Positions 1 to 8,987 of a stretch of 64,000 nucleotides of DNA are shown here, in pieces (position 1 is the first letter of the stretch; every line of letters begins with the position of its first letter). Both the position numbers and the translations under genes were made by a program. The stretch lies in assembly GCA_025457885.1 (NCBI GenBank), contig JALOTN010000004.1, positions 10,875 to 74,874 on the forward strand, in the 5' to 3' direction. This stretch comes from Thermoplasmatota archaeon (GTDB taxonomy: Archaea; Thermoplasmatota; E2; DHVEG-1). The notes beneath the pieces are model-generated. The model ran no database searches. It was not told where the DNA came from and saw only the letters and a list, made by a program, of their open reading frames with translations.

Positions 1-118
1 TGTCTGGTTCGTAATTCAGTTTCATGTATCGTGGGTTATGGGCAGCTGCCTGCATACTTATCATCAATGAACTGATGATAAGAAATATTCCTATGATTGC
101 GTATCTTCTATATTTCAT
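1..118 (-). CDS. Secreted hypothetical protein, N-terminal part; runs off the window edge
   Basis: Not in the ORF track. Hand translation from ATG at 118 gives MKYRRYAIIGIFLIISSLMISMQAAA-HNPRYMKLNYEPD, a signal peptide followed by His. GGAG lies upstream, and the gene directly follows the GSDH gene. Confidence 0.7.
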   Translation of the reverse strand, partial: MKYRRYAIIGIFLIISSLMISMQAAAHNPRYMKLNYEPD

Positions 119-130
119 GGTTTCAAACTC

Positions 131-1720
131 CTATTCTGCGGTGAGATGCCATATCTCACCAGTTGGTAAAAGGGATCCTATGAACCGGGTTGTAACTACA
201 TATATTTCTCCTGATTCGTCCTGTCCGAATCCAAGGATGAAACGTTTCAGAGGTTTTTCGTTTTCGAATGAAAACTCCTGTCGTTCCCATACTCCAGGGT
301 CGGTTTCTGTAAGATAATATATTTTCCCATCAGGTTTGACGAAATCGGTGCTCCAGTCACCAAACACATAGCAGCCAACAAGATTTGGTGATTGATTTCC
401 CCTATAAACATATCCCCCGATTATGGATCTTCCGACGTTATGACTATATTCATAAATCGGTGGTTGCAACGACTCGATACTGATGTTGAGTTCCTCTGCT
501 AAATCAGGATCATAGAGATGAGTACCTTCAAGGATGCGCCAGCCGTAGTTCCCACCGTTTTCCACCAGGTCAATTTCTTCCCATTTATCTTGTCCGACAT
601 CAGCTACAAAAAGGGCTCCAGTGAGACTGTCAAAAGAAAAACGATAGGGATTCCGGAAACCAAATGCATAGATCTCATCAAGACCCTCAGTGCCAACAAA
701 AGGATTGTCTAATGGGATCGCATAGGGGCTGTCTGAGTCGATATCAATCCGAAGGATTTTACCAAGAAGGGTGTTATTGTTCTGGCCATTACCGATGGTT
801 CCATGTTGATCACCAGCACCTCCTCCGTCCCCAAGCCCTATGTAAAGATAACCCTCTGGTCCGAATGCAAGCTGACCACCATTATGATTTGGTTCTGGTT
901 GATCAACTCGTAGAATAATTATCTCTGACAATGGATCTGCTATGTTGGAATCCTCTGATGAGACATGATATTCAGCAATGATACTTTCATGATCCACTCC
1001 TTCTGCAGTCTTCGTGCCGCTATAATAAACAAAGAATCGTCCGTTTATCTCATAATTTGGATGAAAAGCAAGACCGAGCAATCCTCGTTCATCATAGATG
1101 GGATTTACCTTCACCATTTTACTTGTGAGATCTAAGAATGGTGTTTGAAGAAGAACGTCGTTTTCAATAATATAGATCTTTCCTGGTTGGTCCGCGACAA
1201 AGAGACGGTTCGTTCCATCTCCTGCAGTGGTAAGCATCGTTGGTGCCTTCAAACCCGAGGCGATACGATTGAGTGTCGTAGTAAGAGCGTTCACATCCCC
1301 TGGTATCAGACGGACGAAGAAACCTAGCAGGCGGGCACGCGATGTTTTCATTGATGTATTTCCCTCTGATGCATTAATCGTTACTGTTATCGTTGTTTTC
1401 CCAAAACCAAGCACGAATGGAACCTTTATGGTCTCAGTATTACCAGATCGTAAGAGATCTACGGTCCCTCCAGTGTTTTTCCCTACAAGTACGATGCCTC
1501 CATTAAGGATGATTTCCCATGAGAGGTTTGTAAGATTCTCATCTCCGTCGTTTCGGATAACGGCACCGATACCAATACCACCCGTAATCACTTCCACTTC
1601 AAGGGGTGAACCTGCTATCGATGTGTTTTCTTGTTTTGATGGGAGCTTTGCTGCTAGTACGTACATACTTGTAAGAAGAAACACGACGCTGAACAATACT
1701 ATCACAATTTTTTTTCGCAT
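131..1720 (-). CDS. Secreted PQQ-dependent glucose/sorbosone dehydrogenase-family beta-propeller with an extra N-terminal beta-rich module
   Basis: Motifs ERGLLGLAFHP, NHNGGQLAFGPEGYLYIGLGDGG, EIYAFGFRNPYR and GGNYGW. Signal peptide MRKKIVIV with GGAGG upstream of ATG 1720; the ORF track starts at 1765. Confidence 0.85.
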   Translation of the reverse strand: MRKKIVIVLFSVVFLLTSMYVLAAKLPSKQENTSIAGSPLEVEVITGGIGIGAVIRNDGDENLTNLSWEIILNGGIVLVGKNTGGTVDLLRSGNTETIKVPFVLGFGKTTITVTINASEGNTSMKTSRARLLGFFVRLIPGDVNALTTTLNRIASGLKAPTMLTTAGDGTNRLFVADQPGKIYIIENDVLLQTPFLDLTSKMVKVNPIYDERGLLGLAFHPNYEINGRFFVYYSGTKTAEGVDHESIIAEYHVSSEDSNIADPLSEIIILRVDQPEPNHNGGQLAFGPEGYLYIGLGDGGGAGDQHGTIGNGQNNNTLLGKILRIDIDSDSPYAIPLDNPFVGTEGLDEIYAFGFRNPYRFSFDSLTGALFVADVGQDKWEEIDLVENGGNYGWRILEGTHLYDPDLAEELNISIESLQPPIYEYSHNVGRSIIGGYVYRGNQSPNLVGCYVFGDWSTDFVKPDGKIYYLTETDPGVWERQEFSFENEKPLKRFILGFGQDESGEIYVVTTRFIGSLLPTGEIWHLTAE

Positions 1721-1877
1721 AATAAAAACCTCCTTATTTTTTTTAAAAATAGGGGGGAACCTCATATAAAGATTGTGGTAGTGTAAATAAATAAAAAAAA
1801 TGAAATTTTATAACCATAACCTCAAGATTTAAATACCTCGTATCTTTGTTTTAATAAGACACTCGGGAGTTTGAATT

Positions 1878-2786
1878 GTGAAGATTGCTTATGTCAGGCA
1901 GATTATAAAATTAGCACGAATGCCGATTGTTCTGGCGGTCATACCTATTTTTCTTGTCGGAATCCTGTTCGCTCTTCGTTCTGGGGCGTCTTTTTCTGGT
2001 GTAAATTTCCTCTGGGGTTTTTGTATCTTATTCATCATTGAGATAGCAGCGTCCTTTTCAAACGATTATTATGACTATGAAGCAGATAAACACAACAGAC
2101 AATTTGGTTTCTCTGGAGGCAGTGGAGTCTTACTCGAATATCCTGAACTCCTTTCATTTGCAAAATGGGCATCAATCATCATGTTTGTTCTTGCCATCCT
2201 TTTAACAGGTCTGTTTATCATTTTCGCATCACTTCCTTTTTGGGTAATCGTATATATCGGCATCGCCGTGTTTTTTTGCTGGTTTTATACAGCACCACCG
2301 CTTCGTCTTGTTTATCGAGGTCTGGGTGAGATCCCTCACCTGCTCGCAGGAATCATGTTCCCTGGATGGGGATATCTTATTATGACCGGAACAATAACCA
2401 CTGATTTGGTCATATTTGCGATTCCCTTCGGTTTCCTTGGTTTAACAGTGATACTCAATTTTGAGATACCTGACATGGAAGCGGATATCCATGGGGGGAA
2501 ACGAAATCTCATCGTGATGAAAGGTCGATATTTTTCTTTCCTCACCATTTTTTTGCTGTATCTCATTACTTTTCTTTATTTTTTCATCCTTGCTATCTTT
2601 GGATTATTTGAGGATATCCTGAATCCATGGCTGATTACCTTACTTGCTTTTTTCCCCTTATGTATATCTTTTATCTCCATTATAAAAAAGTCAATTCAAA
2701 AAGATGTCGCAACAAAATATGCTATACGAAATGCGATAGCTGGCTTTCTTGCATCGTTTCTCATTATGGCATCTCTTTTATTTTAA
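1878..2786 (+). CDS. UbiA-superfamily prenyltransferase, MenA-like
   Basis: Multi-TM protein with NDYYDYEAD, GGSG, YTAPPLRLVYRGLGE and EIPDMEADIHGGKRNL motifs. Confidence 0.85.
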   Translation: MKIAYVRQIIKLARMPIVLAVIPIFLVGILFALRSGASFSGVNFLWGFCILFIIEIAASFSNDYYDYEADKHNRQFGFSGGSGVLLEYPELLSFAKWASIIMFVLAILLTGLFIIFASLPFWVIVYIGIAVFFCWFYTAPPLRLVYRGLGEIPHLLAGIMFPGWGYLIMTGTITTDLVIFAIPFGFLGLTVILNFEIPDMEADIHGGKRNLIVMKGRYFSFLTIFLLYLITFLYFFILAIFGLFEDILNPWLITLLAFFPLCISFISIIKKSIQKDVATKYAIRNAIAGFLASFLIMASLLF

Positions 2787-2937
2787 CTGAAAACCTTGAG
2801 ATATTGATTGTTTACCACATTTTTAGGGAATCGATATAAATATCTTTGGTAAAATTTATTTAAAGAGCTCTTCTATTTCTAAAATATGGGAGTTACCTCC
2901 TAAACGAGAATCATCTAAATTAAAGGGGAGAAAAAGC

Positions 2938-3756
2938 ATGAAAAAAAGAAATGCAATAGTCTTAGCAATACTGCTGGTATTTTCAAACTTCGTCGTTGTC
3001 GGAGCAGCGATATCTGATCAATTAAAAGATAATACCATTAAACAGAAACATGAGAATCAACCATGGTCAACACTCCAATCAGACGATGACATTACGATTT
3101 CCTTTTCAAAAGCCCCACTGTCCTTAGGAATAAATATCGAAATACAAAACAACAGAAATGTGACCTATCAAGACGTACCATGGAGTTTTCGGGCAAAACC
3201 ACAGATCTCTGGAACAGGACTTGTTTACAAAGACCAAATACGGTCTGGAGTTATCGATCAACTTGAGGCCAATGCACTTGTGACTATTCCATTACGACCA
3301 TTGAAGGGGCAAACTTCGAGTCCTTTTGGGCTTGGGCTGTTCTATTTTAATGCCTCGGTCAGCACGTCAGATACCTTCTTTCGCTCTTCACAACTCTGCT
3401 GGCTGGTGCTCTTTTTCATGGTGAATCTGAAACCAACCTACATGGATATACCACCTGCAGAAGCATACAGCTTATATGAGAATGGGACCTTTGACCTCAT
3501 CATTGATGTGGTCGGTCTGAATATCTATAGCCTTGGTCATCTCCCTGGCGCTGTAAATTACGTCTGGGCTGATGGGACATTAAATGAAACGATTCCTACT
3601 CTTGACAAAAACCTCACCTATCTTGTCTACTGTCACACCGATCCACCTTCCACCGCCAGCGCTCAGGCATTGGTCAATGCAGGGTTTCCCTCCGTCTATC
3701 GATTGGAAGGCAATTATCGAGCATGGGTTGATGCAGGCTACCCTACAGAAACCTAA
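2938..3756 (+). CDS. Secreted protein with a C-terminal rhodanese domain
   Basis: Signal peptide; IIDV..GHLPGA, LVYCHTDPPS and VYRLEGNYRAW rhodanese motifs; GGGGAG upstream. Confidence 0.8.
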   Translation: MKKRNAIVLAILLVFSNFVVVGAAISDQLKDNTIKQKHENQPWSTLQSDDDITISFSKAPLSLGINIEIQNNRNVTYQDVPWSFRAKPQISGTGLVYKDQIRSGVIDQLEANALVTIPLRPLKGQTSSPFGLGLFYFNASVSTSDTFFRSSQLCWLVLFFMVNLKPTYMDIPPAEAYSLYENGTFDLIIDVVGLNIYSLGHLPGAVNYVWADGTLNETIPTLDKNLTYLVYCHTDPPSTASAQALVNAGFPSVYRLEGNYRAWVDAGYPTET

Positions 3757-3863
3757 ACACGTCTTCCTTATTCGCTTCATTAAGCACCGTAACAAATAAA
3801 GTCACATAATCTTCTTAAACCACTGTAATATACGACTAACAAGGTTTGAAAGGCGGGAGACAT

Positions 3864-4595
3864 ATGGTCATAAACTATCTTATCTTAGATATCCTAATCA
3901 TCTTATTTCCGTTCTTACTTTCATTTAAGTGGAAGTTCGCCTATTATCGATACTACAAGGCATTGTTTCCAGCAATCGCCATCGTCGGAGCAGGTTACAT
4001 TTTCTGGGATGCGATTGTGACTGCAAGAGGAGACTGGTGGTTCAACTATGAGTATCTTTCTGAAATCACCATCATCGGATTACCTCTGGAGGAGATTTTA
4101 TTCTTCATTGTTGTCCCCTATTCCTGTATATTCATCTATGAGAACCTTGAGTATTTCTTTCCAGATAAAAAAACAAGATTCAGCAAGATCTTCTATGTTG
4201 TTTTGATCATATTATTCGTTCTCGGTGGACTTGCGTTCTATCACCAGGATTATACAATCCTTGCTCTGATGTCGTGTGCGTTTTTTTTACTCATCGCGCT
4301 TTGGCGTTTCCCAGACATCCTGCAATCACGGAACTACTGGCTCTACATCGGCATATCTATGATTCCCTTCATAATCTTCAATTACCTGCTCACCTCCACG
4401 CCCATCGTATTGTATAACCCTGCGGCCATCTGGGGTGGTGATGGGGCGTGGAACGGCCGGTTCTTCACTATACCACTCGAAGACTTCTTCTATAATTTCT
4501 CGATGCTATCGTTTTATCTGCTTGTTTACCGGTATTTCAGGAAACGATGGATTCAACCATCTACATCAAAACAAGGATTAAAGGATCACAAATGA
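3864..4595 (+). CDS. Membrane lycopene cyclase with two CrtYc/d-type domains
   Basis: Two repeats of the cyclase signature (WD..GDWWFN..GLPLEEILFF and IPLEDFFY). Hydrophobic, near crtI/crtB. GGGAG precedes ATG 3864. Confidence 0.85.
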   Translation: MVINYLILDILIILFPFLLSFKWKFAYYRYYKALFPAIAIVGAGYIFWDAIVTARGDWWFNYEYLSEITIIGLPLEEILFFIVVPYSCIFIYENLEYFFPDKKTRFSKIFYVVLIILFVLGGLAFYHQDYTILALMSCAFFLLIALWRFPDILQSRNYWLYIGISMIPFIIFNYLLTSTPIVLYNPAAIWGGDGAWNGRFFTIPLEDFFYNFSMLSFYLLVYRYFRKRWIQPSTSKQGLKDHK

Positions 4596-4608
4596 GTGAT
4601 TCAATGGT

Positions 4609-5124
4609 GTGACCACCATGGATTTTTTTGGAGTGATTCTGGATGGATCTTCGGATCCTTTGCTTTTCGGGATTTTCTTTTTCGTCTATGTCGTGCTCAA
4701 TACCCTTGCCCTGCCTTTCCCAGTGGAACTGGGATTATTCAACCCTGCTTTTCATCCCTTGTTCTTGATAGGTATCCTTGCCGTGGGGCGAGGTGTTGGA
4801 GCGTTTTGTGTTTTTGAAATTGGAGGATTTATCAGAAAAAAGACAAGCACGTGGTCTGTAGGTGCATTCCGGTTACGAAAAACAATCAGCTCTCTTGAGC
4901 GGTTTATCCAACAGTATGGATATTATGCCTTGTTCCTCCTTATGAGCATCCCACTCATGCTGGATTCAGTGGTGCTGTATCTCTTTTCTCTTCTCAATAA
5001 ACGAAAGGATACCAAGGTAGCCCTTGCCCGGCGATGGTTTATCGGTATCACCATTGCAGCAAGTATCCTGCGTGGCACCATCATTCTTTTGGTTGCTGAA
5101 TTTGTAAAAATAATCCTGATATGA
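4609..5124 (+). CDS. Membrane protein, DedA/VTT-like
   Basis: LPFPVE, GRGVGA..FEIGG and YGYYALFLLMSIPLMLD pattern with several hydrophobic segments. Confidence 0.55.
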   Translation: MTTMDFFGVILDGSSDPLLFGIFFFVYVVLNTLALPFPVELGLFNPAFHPLFLIGILAVGRGVGAFCVFEIGGFIRKKTSTWSVGAFRLRKTISSLERFIQQYGYYALFLLMSIPLMLDSVVLYLFSLLNKRKDTKVALARRWFIGITIAASILRGTIILLVAEFVKIILI

Positions 5125-5132
5125 TATATTTA

Positions 5133-5151
5133 GTAATACAATAGGTATTAC
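5133..5151. promoter_or_regulatory. Inverted repeat GTAATAC-N5-GTATTAC, candidate operator
   Basis: Perfect 7-bp arms between an AT-rich element and the GGAGG RBS of the FAD oxidoreductase gene. Confidence 0.35.
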
Positions 5152-5183
5152 CTCTGGTATCACTTCTGGAGGAACATGTCATC

Positions 5184-6548
5184 ATGGTCTATCGTTCACC
5201 CTGGATCGTCCAATTAAAACGGTCCCGACCTATCCAAAAAGCACACTCCTTGCTCCACCCCGATTGTGTAGTTGTCGGTGGTGGTATCGCTGGGGTTGTC
5301 ACCGCATATTTTATTCTTCGACAGACATCTCATACTATCCTTCTCCTCGAGGCCGATCGTGTCGCCCATGGTGCGACTGGTCATAACGCAGGACAAGTAG
5401 TCAGCTACTTTGAGCGTCCTCTTCATGATATCGCCAGTCAGTTTGGGGCGCCTCTCACCTTAGATGCTTATCATCATCTTCAGGAGACCTGGGGTGTCTT
5501 GGATGATATTATCACCACAGCACACCTAAGGACGCCAGTCACAACATTCACTGGGTACGCTGGATACAGCACGTATCACCAACTTTTGAACCAATTAAAG
5601 ACTCTCCACCTGCTGCGCGATTCAAAAACAACACCAGAAAATCTCCTTCTCCTAAAAGAATCAGACCTTCATGGTAAGATCCCCTCCCTGTATCACCCTT
5701 ACATCAGCCTCATAAAACACCAGGAGTTATTACAACTTCTTGGTACGGGAAATTCACAGTATATCGCTGCTTTTCCCGAAAAAAAAGGATGTACCAACTC
5801 AAGTCTTCTGACCGAAGAACTCGTTGGGTATCTCCTCAGTACCTACCCTGAACGGTTTCATCTTTCAGAGCTTACACCTGTGAAAAGAATTTTGGTCACT
5901 CCAACACAAATTACACTTTCGACACCAGATCAGATCATCAAGACCCCTAGTCTGATTCTCTGCACCAATGGGTATACAACGTATCAGATTGATGCAGAAC
6001 CACTTAAACCGGTTCTCCAAAGATTTCATATTACTTCGACAGTCGGTTACATGAATGGATACCTAGATACTACCCTAAAACCACCGACCGCGACCCAATA
6101 CTTCACAACCCAAAACATCTCTCCAATCGATCCTTATTATTATCTCACGCGACGCATCTATGAACATGGAAGACATGCACATACATTGTTATGCATCGGT
6201 GGACCAGAACATCACTTACCGCAGGATCAACCTTATTCCCCTCATGCACAGTATCTTCCGAACGCACATCATGAAATCGACGCCTTCATTCATACAACCA
6301 GCAGCTATCCTCTTATCAAAACAACACCAGATTTTAAATGGCATGGTCTGATGGGCTATACCCCCACGATGATACGTCTGATCGGACCAGACCCACACTA
6401 TCCCAACCTCTCCTATAATCTTGGTTGCAATGGAGTCGGGATTTTACCATCTATCTATGCGGGAAAACGACTCGGTAACTATCTGGCTGGACGCTCCTTG
6501 AAACCATCTATATTTGATACAAAATTCATGAATAACAAAGAATTTTAA
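5184..6548 (+). CDS. FAD-dependent oxidoreductase, DAO/glycine oxidase-like
   Basis: VVVGGGIAG dinucleotide-binding motif, GATGHNAG, LCTNGY, WHGLMGYTP and GCNGVG. Confidence 0.85.
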   Translation: MVYRSPWIVQLKRSRPIQKAHSLLHPDCVVVGGGIAGVVTAYFILRQTSHTILLLEADRVAHGATGHNAGQVVSYFERPLHDIASQFGAPLTLDAYHHLQETWGVLDDIITTAHLRTPVTTFTGYAGYSTYHQLLNQLKTLHLLRDSKTTPENLLLLKESDLHGKIPSLYHPYISLIKHQELLQLLGTGNSQYIAAFPEKKGCTNSSLLTEELVGYLLSTYPERFHLSELTPVKRILVTPTQITLSTPDQIIKTPSLILCTNGYTTYQIDAEPLKPVLQRFHITSTVGYMNGYLDTTLKPPTATQYFTTQNISPIDPYYYLTRRIYEHGRHAHTLLCIGGPEHHLPQDQPYSPHAQYLPNAHHEIDAFIHTTSSYPLIKTTPDFKWHGLMGYTPTMIRLIGPDPHYPNLSYNLGCNGVGILPSIYAGKRLGNYLAGRSLKPSIFDTKFMNNKEF

Positions 6549-6625
6549 TAGAAAATAAATATACTCCTGGAACAAAACTTTCTTTAATATCAAAACTATC
6601 CCTAAAATACGTAACGTGAAACACT

Positions 6626-8092
6626 ATGAAGAAAATAATTATAATCGGTGCAGGTTTTGGAGGAATAGCCGCAGCAGCCCTCCTGGCAAGAGATGGACAT
6701 GATGTCACTGTCGTAGAAAAAAACGATCAACCCGGAGGACGAGCCATCGTCTGGAACGAAAAAGGGTTCGTCTTCGACATGGGGCCATCCTGGTACCTCA
6801 TGCCTGATGTTTTCGAACAGTTCTTTGCTCTCTTTAACAAAAAACCAGAAGACTATTATAAACTCATTCGACTCAACCCAGCCTACCGGGTGTTCTTCGA
6901 TAAAGATGAAATCGTCGATATCTCGCCAGACCTTGAGAAGAACCTTCAACTCTTCGAACGATATCAAAAAGGAGGCCGGGAGCAATTAAAAAAATATCTC
7001 CAGGCTGCAGAATATCAATATACAATAGCAATGAAAGAGTTCATCTACAAGGAATATCGTCATCTCTGGGATTTCTTCAGCCTCCGTCTGTTGTTAAAAG
7101 GTAGTAAACTGCATATCTTCACCAGTCTTGACCGCTATGCGCAACGATACATCACCGATCAGAAATTACGGAAGATCCTTGAATACACCATGGTGTTCCT
7201 TGGAGGCACCCCCTTTGACACCCCTGCTTTATACTCCTTGATGTCCCATGTCGATTTCAACCTGGGCGTCTGGTACCCCGATGGTGGATTTGGAGCTCTT
7301 GCGAGAGGTTTTCAACGCCTCGCGGTTGAACAAGGCGTGAAATTCGAATTCAACACAGAAGTAGAAAAAATAATCGTGAAAAACGGGTCGGTCACTGGTG
7401 TGAAAACTTCTAAAGGAGAGACGTCTGCTGATCTGATCATAGCCAACGCAGATTATCCCTATGTTGAAATGAATCTACTCGAACCAACCTATCAAACCTA
7501 TCCAAAGGAATACTGGGAAAAGAAAGCCATTGCTCCCTCTGCCCTGCTCATGTACCTCGGGGTAAAAGGAAAAATCAAATCTTTTGCGCATCATAACCTA
7601 TATTTTGCCACTGACTGGGAGAAACATTTCCAGACAATATTCCATGAACCCAGCTGGCCAGAAAACCCAAGCTACTACGTCAGCTGTCCCTCAAAATCAG
7701 ATGCCACGGTCGCACCAGCAGATGATGAAAACCTCTTCATCCTGGTTCCGGTTGCTGCTGGATTAGAAGATACACCCCAGGTTAGAGAACGATATTTCAA
7801 CCAAATCATAAATCATTTGGAACTACTCACCGGGGAAAACATCAAGGACCGCATTATTGTCAAACGATTATTCGCCCATAAGGATTTCACCCAGTACTAT
7901 CATGCATACAAAGGGACCGCTCTTGGTCTAGCACATACATTGGGGCAAACCGCTATCTTCCGATGCTCCCATCAGAGTAAAAAAGTCAAAGGACTGTATT
8001 ACACCGGCCATTACACACATCCTGGCATCGGAGTTCCCATGGTAGTGATTTCCTCACAAATCATTGCTGAACAGCTTAGGAGCTCTCCATGA
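6626..8092 (+). CDS. crtI: Phytoene desaturase family protein
   Basis: IIGAGFGG..VEKNDQPGGRA, FDMGPSWYLMP, WYPDGG, GTALGLAHTL and YTGHYTHPGIGVPM; overlaps crtB (ATGA). Confidence 0.92.
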   Translation: MKKIIIIGAGFGGIAAAALLARDGHDVTVVEKNDQPGGRAIVWNEKGFVFDMGPSWYLMPDVFEQFFALFNKKPEDYYKLIRLNPAYRVFFDKDEIVDISPDLEKNLQLFERYQKGGREQLKKYLQAAEYQYTIAMKEFIYKEYRHLWDFFSLRLLLKGSKLHIFTSLDRYAQRYITDQKLRKILEYTMVFLGGTPFDTPALYSLMSHVDFNLGVWYPDGGFGALARGFQRLAVEQGVKFEFNTEVEKIIVKNGSVTGVKTSKGETSADLIIANADYPYVEMNLLEPTYQTYPKEYWEKKAIAPSALLMYLGVKGKIKSFAHHNLYFATDWEKHFQTIFHEPSWPENPSYYVSCPSKSDATVAPADDENLFILVPVAAGLEDTPQVRERYFNQIINHLELLTGENIKDRIIVKRLFAHKDFTQYYHAYKGTALGLAHTLGQTAIFRCSHQSKKVKGLYYTGHYTHPGIGVPMVVISSQIIAEQLRSSP

Positions 8093-8982
8093 TTATTGAT
8101 AAGACATTCTTCTCCATCTTCAGAAAAGGAAGCAGGACCTACTTCTACAGCAGCCTGTTCTTCCCCATGCATATCCGTCAGGAGGTCTTCATCCTCTACG
8201 GGTTCGTCCGGAAAACAGACAATTACGTCGACGTCACCCCACAGGACCGTGAAGGTTTTTATTCCTTTAAAAAGAAATATTACGAAGCAAAGAACGGAAA
8301 GGAAACCGGGGATGTCGTCATCGACTCCTTCGTCCGCTTAGCGGAACGGAAAGGATTTCACGATGAATGGGTAGACGCGTTCCTGCATTCCATGGAACTA
8401 GACATCACCAAAACCAAGTACGAGACCCTTGAGGAAGCCTTAGAATATATTTATGGATCTGCTGAGGTCATCGGCTTGATGATGGCACGCATCATCGGTC
8501 TTTCAAAAGAATCCTACGAGTATGCGAAATACCTCGGGCGGGCGATGCAATACATCAACTTCATAAGAGACATCGCAGAGGACCTCAAACTCGGTAGAGT
8601 CTATTTCCCGCAAGTCGATTTACGAAAACACGGGCTGGAGAACCTCACCTATGATCATGTAAAAGACCATCCGGAACAATTCAAACGGTTCCTGCAGACC
8701 CAGCTTGATCATTATTGTCAATGGCAAGAAAAAGCAGAGGAAGGTTATCACTACATCCCAAAACGCTACCTCATCTCTATAAAAACCGCCTCTGAGATGT
8801 ACAACTGGACCGCTGAACAAATCGCCCATCACCCCTTCATCGTTTACGACCTCAAAGTCAAACCGATGATCTCAAAGATACTTCTCACCGTTTTTTCAAA
8901 CCTTATCAACACCATGGGAAAGAAATTCAGCACCAACTTCTGTCATGAAGTCCTACACGAACAACCTCCTCCATCAAAGTAG
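8089..8982 (+). CDS. crtB: Phytoene synthase
   Basis: GSRTYF, LYGFVRKTDNYVD, YIYGSAEVIGLMM and LGRAMQYINFIRDIAEDLKLGRVYFP. Confidence 0.93.
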   Translation: MIIDKTFFSIFRKGSRTYFYSSLFFPMHIRQEVFILYGFVRKTDNYVDVTPQDREGFYSFKKKYYEAKNGKETGDVVIDSFVRLAERKGFHDEWVDAFLHSMELDITKTKYETLEEALEYIYGSAEVIGLMMARIIGLSKESYEYAKYLGRAMQYINFIRDIAEDLKLGRVYFPQVDLRKHGLENLTYDHVKDHPEQFKRFLQTQLDHYCQWQEKAEEGYHYIPKRYLISIKTASEMYNWTAEQIAHHPFIVYDLKVKPMISKILLTVFSNLINTMGKKFSTNFCHEVLHEQPPPSK

Positions 8983-8987
8983 CTCCT

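Noticed and set aside
1878-2786. UbiA gene as lycopene elongase (LyeJ/CrtEb) for C50 carotenoids
   Set aside because: Its motifs (YTAPPLRLxYRGLGE, GGSG, D..AD..GGK) fit MenA-like enzymes better, and it is separated from the crt genes. Not fully excluded without a tree.
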